From assembly GCA_963740715.1 (NCBI GenBank), contig CAVUGD010000017.1, positions 4,447 to 68,446 on the forward strand: a DNA stretch of 64,000 nucleotides. The letters are read 5' to 3'. Every line of letters starts with the position of its first letter. Position 1 is the first letter of the stretch. A program made the translations under genes and the position numbers. Below the pieces are notes generated by a model. That model saw only the letters and a list, made by a program, of their open reading frames with translations, had not been told where the DNA came from and searched no databases. The DNA is from an uncultured Verrucomicrobiae bacterium. GTDB taxonomy: Bacteria > Verrucomicrobiota > Verrucomicrobiia > Chthoniobacterales > UBA10450. Shown piece by piece: positions 29,030 through 38,252 of the stretch.

Positions 29030-30880
29030 TTAACCAGGAATTTCCACCAACTCCCGCGCAGGTTTCGCCGGAGGCGTCTCGAGTTGGCTGCGCCAGAGGT
29101 GCGGCGGGAGAAGGCCAATCATCATGAAAGCGAGCTGGCTCGCGCCGAAGGTGATCAGCCAGGGGAACGCGCTGTCCATGAAACCGTAGGAATGGAGGCC
29201 GATCCCAAGCATGTTAACGCCAAACCACGACCAGCTCGTGACGACGTTGCCGAAGATGGCCATCACCATCAGGCCGCGTTGCCTAACGAGTCCGCCCCAG
29301 CGCGCATGCAGGATGATGGCGTTCCAGAGGACGATGAGGAGGGCGCCATTTTCCTTCGGGTCCCAGCCCCAGAAGCGGCCCCACGATTGATCGGCCCAGA
29401 TCCCGCCGAGGATCGTGCCGACAAAACTGAAGAGGGTCGCGAAACAAACGATGCCGTAAACCATCCGGCTGAGCGCGCGCGCGGTCTCGCGATCGAGCGA
29501 GGGGGTGAAGGCGCCGCGCACGATGTAGGTGAGGGCGAGGAAGCCGGCGAGGAAAGTCGAGGCGTAACCAAGCGTGACGCAAACGACGTGAGTCGCGAGC
29601 CAGCCGTTGGTGTCGAGGACGGCGCGCATCATTTCCATCGTGTCGCCGTCCATCGAAAGATGATGCGCGATGAGCAGGGTGATGAAACCGATCATGGCAG
29701 CCGTGGCGCTGCCGATGCCGTTCCGGAAAAAGCGCTCGAGGAAAATACCGAGCAGAACCGCGCCCCAGCCGATGAAAACGGCGGAGGAATAGAGGTTTGT
29801 CACCGGTGGCCGGCCCTCCAGGTACATCCGCGTGATCAACCCGGCGGAGTGCACGACGAAGGTGAGCAGAAGCAGGGCCAAGGCATAGCGGCCTAACGTC
29901 TGTGGCCAGGCCAGCCAGGAGCCGGCCGCGAGGATGAAGATCAGAACGTAGATCACCATCGCGCTGTAAAACGGCTGAAGTTGGTTAAAGACCGACTCGA
30001 CCTTCGCCTTCCAGACGCGCCGCGGCAGATCGCGCTGCAGTTGGGCGGAATAATCGTCCAGCGTGCGGTTGAAGGTCGCGGGATCGTTCGCGGCGTAGGA
30101 GCCCGCGAGCGTCGCCCAGGTGGCAACCGCGGGATGCAATTTTCCGTTGGTCAGGAAAGTGAGCAGGCTCTCGCCCACCTTCCGCCACTGCAACGGGTCG
30201 TCGTTAGGCGGAAAGGGCGGGATGGGTAAAAAATAACCGGTCTCGGCCAGAAACCCGAGGCTCTGCAGGGCCTCGGCCGTGATGCCGCTGTTCATCGGCA
30301 CGGGCGAGGGGCGAATGTATTTCACCAGGTCGTCGATCTGGCTTTTGAAGCCGACCGTGCCTTTGACTTCGAGACTGTTGGAGAGCCGGTGATAAAGGGT
30401 AAGTCGCTCGAACAACTTGATAATGTCGCGCTGGAAGGGCGAGCGTAACTGCGCCTCGACTTTTTGCGCGAGCGCCGCCTTCTGCTCGATGTCCTGAAGA
30501 TGCGGACCAAATTCGCGAAATGAAAAGTACTTTCCCGCGTCTGGTTTCCACCCGAGAGCGGCCAGGGTGTCGGCGTTGCGGATGACGAAAATCTTCCGCT
30601 CATCCGCCTGCTCTGGCTTCATCATCACCTCGGCCAGCCAATCCATCGGGGTGAGCAAACCGCCCTCGGCGCGGAGCGTTTGTTTGCCGTGAATAATGAG
30701 GAGCGAATTGCGTGCGACGGTGTCGAGCGGCTTGATCCGGCCGTTCAACAGCACCGGTAAACGCCCGAATTTCTCCATCGCAAAACCGTCGCGCTTGTCG
30801 TGCTGGAAGAGAGGCGCCACGACATAGAGCAACGTCGCCGCCAGAACCAGCCAGAGAATCCAAGGGCGTCCCGTCTTCAT
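29030..30880 (-). CDS. ccsA: Cytochrome c biogenesis protein CcsA/ResC (System II) with a long N-terminal extension
   Basis: 616-aa polytopic ORF. The WWD heme-handling motif is WGRFWGWDPKENGAL, with conserved His residues. Confidence 0.85.
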   Translation of the reverse strand: MKTGRPWILWLVLAATLLYVVAPLFQHDKRDGFAMEKFGRLPVLLNGRIKPLDTVARNSLLIIHGKQTLRAEGGLLTPMDWLAEVMMKPEQADERKIFVIRNADTLAALGWKPDAGKYFSFREFGPHLQDIEQKAALAQKVEAQLRSPFQRDIIKLFERLTLYHRLSNSLEVKGTVGFKSQIDDLVKYIRPSPVPMNSGITAEALQSLGFLAETGYFLPIPPFPPNDDPLQWRKVGESLLTFLTNGKLHPAVATWATLAGSYAANDPATFNRTLDDYSAQLQRDLPRRVWKAKVESVFNQLQPFYSAMVIYVLIFILAAGSWLAWPQTLGRYALALLLLTFVVHSAGLITRMYLEGRPPVTNLYSSAVFIGWGAVLLGIFLERFFRNGIGSATAAMIGFITLLIAHHLSMDGDTMEMMRAVLDTNGWLATHVVCVTLGYASTFLAGFLALTYIVRGAFTPSLDRETARALSRMVYGIVCFATLFSFVGTILGGIWADQSWGRFWGWDPKENGALLIVLWNAIILHARWGGLVRQRGLMVMAIFGNVVTSWSWFGVNMLGIGLHSYGFMDSAFPWLITFGASQLAFMMIGLLPPHLWRSQLETPPAKPARELVEIPG

Positions 30881-32049
30881 CGCGCCCGTTTCCTCACGAA
30901 CCCGAACAGGTGCATCGAGAATTGCACGAGCAACCCGGCCGCGACCAGGCCGCAGGCGATGTAAGGCAGGAGCATCGCGGGATTCTTCACTACTTGCAGG
31001 ATCGTCGTCTTGTCGTTGTTGTCGAAACCGGACTGGTAAAAGGTGAAGCCCCGATAACGCAGCGGATCGTTCATCGAGATGAGCACCTCGCGGTTCTCAT
31101 TTCGCTCCAGGTCGATCAGCCGCACCTTGCTCGAGAAATTTTTCGGAATGTCCGTCCCCGCGTAGCGGTCGTGCGCAAAATCGAGCAGGGTGATCGCGAA
31201 CTGTTTGTAGAAACGCCGCTGCCGCATCATCAACTCATAGGTGCGACCATTGACGGTCACCGGTTGCGCTTCGGAGATAGCGTTCGAGACAAGCCAGGTG
31301 CCTAACGATCCCTGGGTTCCATTCACTTCCACATACGCCGCGCTGAGGTCACGCTCGTCGTCCTTCACCGTGCGTGGTGCCTCCTCGGCCACGATTTTGG
31401 GCCCAAACCCGGCGGTGGCCAGCGATGGCCGCGCCTGCGCGACCTGTGAGCGCATCGCGAGGTGCGTGTTGGGCATGAATTGCCGGATGTTGAGCGTGAA
31501 CGGCAGCGTCGGATTTTGGATCGTCCCGCCGCGGGCCAGGACGGCCTCGGGAATTGCGACTACTTGGTCGAAATTCGGATCCTCTTTATCGATCACTACC
31601 AGCTCCACCTCGCGCGGCGCTTCCGAATAGCCGATGGTCTGGCCTTCATCGATTCGCATCTGCGTTTCGCGCGCGAAAAGGCCGGTCAGGAGCTGCCCGA
31701 TGAGGAGCAGGATGACGCCGAAATGAAGCAGGATGATTCCGATTTTCTTTTTCGTTAACTGGAAGCGAACGGCGTGCGCCGTGATCAGGTTCACGAGCAG
31801 GACCGTGCCGAGCAGATATCCCCCGGGCAGGATCGGAATTTTCCAGCCCGCTCCCGGCGGCGACCAGAAGATGATCAGGCTCTGGAAATAGCGCTCCTGC
31901 ACGGCATGAATCCCGAGATGGACCTGGGCCAGTGTCCCCAGGAAAACGAGCAACATCCCGAGCCCGAGGCAAACCACCGTTAGGCGAAGCGAAGAAAGCA
32001 CGCGGAGCGGCGACTTCAGCGGAAATGGACGGACGACGGCTTCAGGCAT
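30877..32049 (-). CDS. resB: Cytochrome c biogenesis protein ResB/CcsB (Ccs1 family)
   Basis: 390-aa ORF with N-terminal TM segments, a large soluble loop and a C-terminal TM. 4-nt overlap with ccsA. Confidence 0.75.
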   Translation of the reverse strand: MPEAVVRPFPLKSPLRVLSSLRLTVVCLGLGMLLVFLGTLAQVHLGIHAVQERYFQSLIIFWSPPGAGWKIPILPGGYLLGTVLLVNLITAHAVRFQLTKKKIGIILLHFGVILLLIGQLLTGLFARETQMRIDEGQTIGYSEAPREVELVVIDKEDPNFDQVVAIPEAVLARGGTIQNPTLPFTLNIRQFMPNTHLAMRSQVAQARPSLATAGFGPKIVAEEAPRTVKDDERDLSAAYVEVNGTQGSLGTWLVSNAISEAQPVTVNGRTYELMMRQRRFYKQFAITLLDFAHDRYAGTDIPKNFSSKVRLIDLERNENREVLISMNDPLRYRGFTFYQSGFDNNDKTTILQVVKNPAMLLPYIACGLVAAGLLVQFSMHLFGFVRKRAR

Positions 32050-32055
32050 GACTCG

Positions 32056-33192
32056 TTAGGGGATTTTTAACCCGCGCAGGAAATCGGTGAAGGCGCTTTT
32101 CTGCGACGCGACGGCGGCGTCTTCGCCCGTCATTTTGATAAACCAGGAGTGCTCGCTTTCATCCAGGATTGCGGCCAGGAGGCGTTGTTTTTCGCCGTTA
32201 ATTGGCTGTTCGCTCGCCAGATCGAAGAGCAGGAAGTCATGGCCATTTGCGATCACGTGTTCAGCCGACTTTGCCAGCGTCGCTTCGTCGATCGGCGCCA
32301 GCTGCACCTGTCCGCGCCAACGATTTACATTGGCCAGGGTGCCGCCGGCAATACCGGGCAGGGAGACCACCGAGATGTCCGTTTCCTTTCCGTTAGGCGC
32401 GGTCGACTTGAAACTCGCCAGGCGCATCGGCGTGAGCGGCTTTTCCTGCCAGCCTGGAGGCAGCGTGTATTGCACCGGTGCTCCCTGGGCCGATTCGATC
32501 GGCGGCGGGGTGGGGGCGTTCGTGTCGTTGCCGCCGGAATTTGTGTTCATCGGCGCCGGCGCGGCCGCCAGCGCGTGCGGGCCTTCGTCCTCCGCCGGGT
32601 GGACACTCTGCAAGAAGCCCTTAAACGCTTCCCGCTGCGACTCAACCAGTGCATCAGGACCGATCATTTTGAAAAACCACGTCTCCGCTCCGGCAGGAAA
32701 AATCCCGCCCAGGATGCGCTGCTTCGAGCCATCGGGCGAAAGTGGCGCGTCGCTCACCAGCTCGACAAAAAACAGGTCGCGTCCGCCGACTTCCATCGGC
32801 GTGCCGGCCTGCACCACGTCCGTGATCGGCGCCAGCTTCAGCTGATCCCGCCAGCGATTGACATTCGCCAACAAACCGCCGGCCGCTTCCGGGAAGGAAA
32901 TCACCGAGACATCCGCCTTTTTTCCCTCCGCGTCTTTGACGAGGAAGCTTCCTTTGCGGAACCCCGAAGCCGCTTGTTCCTCCCACCCGGCCGGCGCTGT
33001 CCAGTGCACCGCCAGAGGTGCGGCGCCGCCTGCTGCGGCCTGCTGCGGGATGGCCGGTGTCGCCGTTTCCTTCGGGATGCGATAGACCGTGATCTGGTCG
33101 CTGTTCCGGTTACAACCGGCGCACGCGAGCAGCGCGGCGAGGCCGAGGGAAAGCCTAACGAGCAGTGATTGAAGAGGAAAGAGAGGCTTCAC
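32056..33192 (-). CDS. Lipoprotein with two tandem homologous ~150-aa domains, function unknown
   Basis: Lipobox LLACAGC. An internal duplication is visible (ANVNRWRDQLKLAPI... / ANVNRWRGQVQLAPI...; WFFKMIGPDALVESQREAFKGFL / WFIKMTGEDAAVASQKSAFTDFL). The stop lies 6 nt before the resB start. Confidence 0.7.
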   Translation of the reverse strand: MKPLFPLQSLLVRLSLGLAALLACAGCNRNSDQITVYRIPKETATPAIPQQAAAGGAAPLAVHWTAPAGWEEQAASGFRKGSFLVKDAEGKKADVSVISFPEAAGGLLANVNRWRDQLKLAPITDVVQAGTPMEVGGRDLFFVELVSDAPLSPDGSKQRILGGIFPAGAETWFFKMIGPDALVESQREAFKGFLQSVHPAEDEGPHALAAAPAPMNTNSGGNDTNAPTPPPIESAQGAPVQYTLPPGWQEKPLTPMRLASFKSTAPNGKETDISVVSLPGIAGGTLANVNRWRGQVQLAPIDEATLAKSAEHVIANGHDFLLFDLASEQPINGEKQRLLAAILDESEHSWFIKMTGEDAAVASQKSAFTDFLRGLKIP

Positions 33193-33467
33193 GGGTAGGG
33201 GCGAAGTACCCGCCGTCCGGGTTAGATGTCAAGGGACGGGCCAGGGATACCGCGTCTGGGAAAGCGCGAAACCGCGGAGCAGGAGCGCAAACCATGTTGC
33301 GAATCGCGGCAGCGCCTGGACTAGTTTCGCCCGCGGCGATTGAAACCAGGAGAGCCCCAACAGGGTCGAAGCCTGTGGGATACGGGGAAAACTGAGGAGT
33401 CGGACTCAAAAGTAGCGCTTCCCAACAGTGCGGCCAAAGTGCTATAACCACCATAAATCCAATATAA

Positions 33468-33918
33468 ATGAGTAAATTCTTCGCCATTGGTCGCTGCCAG
33501 GTTCTGCTCGCTCTTCTTGCTGCGTTTGCCCTCGGGGCCTGTCAGCCACAGAAAGTCGATTCTGGTCCCCGGCGAGAATGACCTCGTGGTGCTCAATGGC
33601 TGCGTCATTTCCGCCTGTAATTACCTCGCGGTGGTCGAGACCCAGCACAGCCTGGAGCCAAATTTTTGGGCCAAGATTCTCCTCGTCCGCTACAAGGACC
33701 ATCCCGCCGGCCACGCTTATTGCGTCTGGGAAACTGCCGGCACCATTTACGGCTACGACCGCAACGGAGGTTCGTTCCCCATCCCGACCTACACCCGCGA
33801 GCCGAAGGCAATCGCGGCCGCGCTCGCGACCGGACTTTCGAAAGCCTTGAACGAGAACCTGACCGTCGCGCAGGCGGAGTTCATCGAGCCGAAGGAGTCG
33901 GCGCTCTACAAATTTTAG
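33468..33918 (+). CDS. Hypothetical lipoprotein, one frameshift as sequenced (~33545-33558)
   Basis: ATG 33468 encodes MSKFFAIGRCQVLLALLAAFALGAC (a lipobox), then stops. The body (SILVPGENDLVVLNG...) continues in ORF 33487..33918. Confidence 0.55.
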
Positions 33919-33957
33919 CGGGAGCGAACCGCGACCTCGTCGACGGGCGCGCCGGGC

Positions 33958-33989
33958 AAAAAAAGAATGCGCGGCCATTTCTGACCGCG
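33958..33989 (-). terminator. Rho-independent terminator candidate on the minus strand, with no annotated gene upstream
   Basis: The minus strand reads GCGCGG-TCAGAAATGG-CCGCGC followed by ATTCTTTTTTT. Confidence 0.5.
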
Positions 33990-34278
33990 CCGCGAAGACT
34001 TAGGGAACGTGACGTAATGTTATGGATTGCAGGAGTGACTTCCCAGCTCGCACCATCTCTTTAAGCAGCGGGTGTGCCATGGGCTTCCCTAACGTTGTCC
34101 CGCAGACATTCTTTCCTGAATGAAATCGAGCGCGCACCCATCGGGCACCGGTTTCTTGTCGCAGTGGCTTCGCTTCTTCCGAGGAACTGCCTCGCGTTCT
34201 GGCCTAACGAATCACTTTGGCTGGCCGCTCAACACAGTTTTACTTGAAAAATTTCCGCAAAGGCGGCTTGCTGACGGG

Positions 34279-34560
34279 ATGAAATCCTTTTCTCTGGCCG
34301 CTCTTTCGCTCTTCCTCGGACTCTCGCTGGTTTGTGCGAACCCGCTGGCGAAAGAGCCCGGGACGAAAATCACCAAAAACGAAGCCGAACACATCGCATT
34401 GCGGCAGCATAAAGGCGCCCGGGTGACCTCCGCGAAACTCGAAACCGTCGAGGGCAAAAAAATCTGGGTCATCCAGATCGCGCAAGGCAAGCGTCAGAAC
34501 CTGGTGCAAGTGAACGCGGTCAGCGGCCGCGTCGTCGCGACCGAGAAAGTGAGTCGTTAG
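34279..34560 (+). CDS. PepSY-domain secreted protein
   Basis: Signal peptide MKSFSLAALSLFLGLSLVCA, then a PepSY-like ITKNEAEHIAL...KIWVIQI...VQVNAVSGRVV. Confidence 0.65.
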   Translation: MKSFSLAALSLFLGLSLVCANPLAKEPGTKITKNEAEHIALRQHKGARVTSAKLETVEGKKIWVIQIAQGKRQNLVQVNAVSGRVVATEKVSR

Positions 34561-34579
34561 GCCAGGCGGGCCGGAGCGA

Positions 34580-35158
34580 TTATTTGCCCCAGATTTTCGC
34601 CAGGTAGCTGACCCGGCCGGAGCCGACATGGTAGGCCTCGTAGGCGGCGGGGTTCTTTTCGTAATATTTCTGGTGATAATCTTCGGCCGGATAGAAAGGT
34701 TTGGCCGGCAGGATTTCGGTCACGATCGGTTTATCGAAACGGCCTGACTTGCCGAGCTTGTCTTTGGCAGCCTCGGCCAGTTTTTTCTCCTCCTCGTTGC
34801 CGAAATAGATCGCGGCCTGGTAGGAGAGCCCGAGGTCGTGGAACTGACCGTTGGCCTGGGTCGGATTGATGTTGCGGAAGAAGACGTCGAGCAACTGGTC
34901 GTAGGTCACCTGCGCCGGATCATAGGTGAGCTCGATCGCCTCGCGATGCTGGGTTTTGTGCGCGGAGACGACGTTGTAGTTGGCGTCTTCCTTGTCGCCG
35001 CCGGTGTAGCCGACAACGGTTTTAGTCACGCCTTTAACGTGATCGAAGGGCTCCTGCATGCACCAGAAACAGCCGCCGGCGAAGACCGCGGTTTTAGTTT
35101 CAGCGTGGGCCGTGATGGCGAGGCCAAAGAGCGCGAGGATGAGGAAAAGTTTATGCAT
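34580..35158 (-). CDS. msrA: Peptide-methionine (S)-S-oxide reductase MsrA (with signal peptide)
   Basis: GGCFWCMQEPF active site, GYTGG and DYHQKYY motifs. Confidence 0.9.
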   Translation of the reverse strand: MHKLFLILALFGLAITAHAETKTAVFAGGCFWCMQEPFDHVKGVTKTVVGYTGGDKEDANYNVVSAHKTQHREAIELTYDPAQVTYDQLLDVFFRNINPTQANGQFHDLGLSYQAAIYFGNEEEKKLAEAAKDKLGKSGRFDKPIVTEILPAKPFYPAEDYHQKYYEKNPAAYEAYHVGSGRVSYLAKIWGK

Positions 35159-35230
35159 GGTTTCCCATCAGAGTGCTCAGCCTGGCCGATTATTCCACCC
35201 ACCGCTTCGCAAAGCGGCGGTGGAGACCGG

Positions 35231-36727
35231 CTACTTCACCCGCACGTTTTTGCGCAGGAAGGTCGGAACGTCCAAGTCCTGACCTTCGACGATTGTCGGC
35301 TCACTCTTTTCAAAACGGCCGCGCGTGACCGGCTCGAACTGCATCACTTCCTGGCGCGCGTGCACGAATTTGTCCTTCTTCACGGGGACGGCCACAGGGG
35401 CTGGCTCCGGGGCCAGTTCGGGCTCGGGCTTTGGAGCGGGCTTGCGCACTTTTCGAATCGGCGATGGCGGGGGAATTTCAGCGACCGGTGCGGCCTCTTC
35501 TTCCAACTCCGATTCCAGCGCTTCTTCCGTGATCGGTTCGGGCTCCGCCTCCGGGAAACTTGCGACCGCTTCCGATGGGGACTTGGCATACTCGGTCGCG
35601 ATCGGAACCCGTTCCGGCTCCGCTTCGAAGTGCGGCTCTGGTTCGTAAGTCTGCTCGGGTTCGAAGGCAGGCGTCGGTTCCACCACCGGCGCCACGGCCT
35701 TTGGCTCGGGTTTTCTGATGGTGCGCATCGGCGCGGCCTGCACAGTGCCGTCGGCCGAGAGTGAACTGATCAGCGTCACGCTCATCCGATTGCCCATTTT
35801 GCCGTCGACCGAGGTGCCGAAAAGAATCTGGGTGTGATCTTCGACGTGCCGGTTCAATTCCTGCATCACGATCTCGACCTCGGTCAGCGTCATGCCCGGG
35901 CCGCCGGAGATCTGCACCAGGACGGCTTGCGCGTCGGTCAGCATTTTGCCGCGGTTCATGAGCGGATTTTTCAGGGCGAGGGCGAGCGCTTCGTGGGCGC
36001 GATTGTCGCTGTCCGATTCGCCGAAGCCGAAGAGGCAACGGCTGTTCTGGCTGCGCAAGGCGGAGATCAATTCGTCAAACCCGATCCGGATCAAGCCCGG
36101 CCGCCTAACGACATTGACGATCGCGCGCACGCTTTGGCTGATGGTCGTGTCAGCGACCGCGAACGCCTGATGAATTCCGGCTTTCGGCAGGACGATGTCA
36201 CCCATCCGGTCGTTCTCGAAACAAACGACCGCATCGGCCACACGCTGCAACTCCTGCAGCGCTTCCATCGCCTGCGCGGTCCGGCGCTTTCCTTCAAAAG
36301 CAAAAGGCAGAGTGGCGAACGCGATGACCAGCGCGCCGCTGTCGTGCGCCATCTCCGCGACCAGCGGAGCTGCTCCCGAGCCGGTGCCGCCGCCGAGCCC
36401 GGCGCAGACAAACACCATCCGCGCGCCTTCCATCGCTTCGCGCAGTTCGGTGGCGGATTCCTTAGCCGCGTTATAGCCGAGTTCCGGATCGCCGCCCGCG
36501 CCCAGGCCGCGGGTGACTTCGTGCCCGATCTGCACCTTGCTCGTCGCGACCGAGCTGGCGAGGGATTGCACATCGGTATTGACCGCGATCATCTCGGCGT
36601 GCTCCATCCCGTCGAGCACGATGCGGTCGAGCGCGTTCGCGCCCGCGCCACCCACGCCGATGATTTTGATCGCGAGGTCGTCTTCCTTCTTTTCTGGCAG
36701 GCTGTAGTTGCGGCTGAGTTGGATCAT
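35231..36727 (-). CDS. ftsZ: Cell division protein FtsZ
   Basis: GVGGAGANA, the tubulin signature GGGTGSGAAP, NTDVQ, and the C-terminal peptide DLDVPTFLRK after a long Pro/Glu-rich linker. Confidence 0.95.
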   Translation of the reverse strand: MIQLSRNYSLPEKKEDDLAIKIIGVGGAGANALDRIVLDGMEHAEMIAVNTDVQSLASSVATSKVQIGHEVTRGLGAGGDPELGYNAAKESATELREAMEGARMVFVCAGLGGGTGSGAAPLVAEMAHDSGALVIAFATLPFAFEGKRRTAQAMEALQELQRVADAVVCFENDRMGDIVLPKAGIHQAFAVADTTISQSVRAIVNVVRRPGLIRIGFDELISALRSQNSRCLFGFGESDSDNRAHEALALALKNPLMNRGKMLTDAQAVLVQISGGPGMTLTEVEIVMQELNRHVEDHTQILFGTSVDGKMGNRMSVTLISSLSADGTVQAAPMRTIRKPEPKAVAPVVEPTPAFEPEQTYEPEPHFEAEPERVPIATEYAKSPSEAVASFPEAEPEPITEEALESELEEEAAPVAEIPPPSPIRKVRKPAPKPEPELAPEPAPVAVPVKKDKFVHARQEVMQFEPVTRGRFEKSEPTIVEGQDLDVPTFLRKNVRVK

Positions 36728-36764
36728 GGTTCTTGGCTTTTGGTTAGGTGATAAGGGGAATGCG

Positions 36765-38141
36765 TCACCGCATTCCTAGTTTGTCATCCCGATCCGCCGC
36801 AGGACGGAGAGGGACCTCGCAAGCGGCGTGCGACAGGGCTTTCTGAAATAACATCAGGAATGGCTTGGGAGGTCCCTCGCCGCGCTGCGCCGGTTCGGGA
36901 TGACAAATGCGGGGACGGCAGGATGAGTTCATCGCATTCCCTGGAAAAGTTTTCCGAAAATCCCGCTGAATGCCGGTGCGAGGCTGGCGATCGCCCTGCA
37001 CCGCCTGGGCGTATTTGATCAGGCCGATGGCGGCGGAGAATTGCGGGTTTTCAAACGCACTCGTTAGGCCGGACATGGTGCGGGCGTGCGAGGAGCGGGC
37101 GGGGAGACCGAAGACGTCTTCCGCCAGATTGTCGATCCCGTTCAACTGGCTGCAGCCGCCGGTGATGAAGATGCCTTCGCCGAGATAATCGAGATGCGGT
37201 TCGTCTTCGAGCCGGCGCTTGAGCAGTTCGAAGGTCTCGCGCAGCCGCATGTGAATGATCGTGTTCAGCGTCTCGCGCTCGATTTCTTTCCCGGCGAAAC
37301 CGGAGTCGTCCTTCAACAGCACTGTTTCGCCCGGGAGACAATTGCCGAGGACCGTGCTGCCCTCTTCGATCTTGAGCTTCTCCGCGCGCGTCATCGGGAT
37401 GCGCAGGCCCATCGAGATGTCGTTCGTGATGTGGTCGCCGCCAACCGCGAGGACCCCGCTTTGTTTCACCGCGCCGTCGACGTAGAGAATGTAATCGGTC
37501 GTGCCGCCGCCGATATCGATCACCAGTGCGCCGAGATTTTTCTGGTGCTGGGTGAGGACGACCTGGGCCGACGCGAACGCGGTGAAGACGACGTCCTCGA
37601 CATCGAGCGGCAGTTCCTTCACGCAGCGGATCGTGTTTTGAATCCGGTTCCGCACCCCGTGGATGATGTGGAAATCGGCCTCGAGCCGCTGGCCCAGCAT
37701 CCCGACCGGGCTGAGCACGCCGTCGTGCCCGTCGATGTGATAGCTCTGGATGATCGAATGCAGAAACGCGTTTTGCGCCGGGATGCTGACCTCGCGCGCG
37801 TTGATCTTCACGTCGTCGACATCCTGTTCATCGATCTCGTCGCGGTCTTCCGGCAGGGTCACGCAGCCGCGGTTGTTGAAGCTCTGGATGTGCGCGCCGG
37901 TGATGCCGATGTAGACGCTGCGAATCATGATGTCGCTCTTCTCCTCGGCGTCGACGACCGCTTCGTGAACGCATTTCATCGCCGTCTCGAAATCCACGAT
38001 CTCGCCTTTGCGCACCCCGCGCGAGGGCGCCTGTCCGACTCCGAGAATTTTGATCGTGCCGTCCGGTTTTCCTTCGCCGACGACGACACAAATTTTCGAA
38101 GTCCCGATTTCGAGACCGACCATCAAGTTGCTACTAGCCAT
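36765..38141 (-). CDS. ftsA: Cell division protein FtsA (ORF reads through a repeat element at its 3' end)
   Basis: Actin-fold motifs (VGLEIGTSKICVVVGE, DIGGGTTD, GIFITGGCSQLNGI). The last ~45 codons lie inside the element at 36782..36905. Confidence 0.9.
   Translation of the reverse strand: MASSNLMVGLEIGTSKICVVVGEGKPDGTIKILGVGQAPSRGVRKGEIVDFETAMKCVHEAVVDAEEKSDIMIRSVYIGITGAHIQSFNNRGCVTLPEDRDEIDEQDVDDVKINAREVSIPAQNAFLHSIIQSYHIDGHDGVLSPVGMLGQRLEADFHIIHGVRNRIQNTIRCVKELPLDVEDVVFTAFASAQVVLTQHQKNLGALVIDIGGGTTDYILYVDGAVKQSGVLAVGGDHITNDISMGLRIPMTRAEKLKIEEGSTVLGNCLPGETVLLKDDSGFAGKEIERETLNTIIHMRLRETFELLKRRLEDEPHLDYLGEGIFITGGCSQLNGIDNLAEDVFGLPARSSHARTMSGLTSAFENPQFSAAIGLIKYAQAVQGDRQPRTGIQRDFRKTFPGNAMNSSCRPRICHPEPAQRGEGPPKPFLMLFQKALSHAACEVPLRPAADRDDKLGMR
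36782..36905. repeat. TGTCATCCCGA...TCGGGATGACA palindromic element, copy A
   Basis: Conserved ~37-nt arms (tgtcatcccgatccgccgcaggacggagagggacctc / gaggtccctcgccgcgctgcgccggttcgggatgaca) flank a unique ~50-nt centre. Confidence 0.85.
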
Positions 38142-38252
38142 TACCGTTACCTTCCTGGTTAAAACGCTGAAGTGGGACCGCGCGCCGCGTTGGTAGAGGC
38201 GCGGGGTTGGAGTGGAATTTTTTGACGCCCGGACTGTAGGGAAGCGCTTTTT

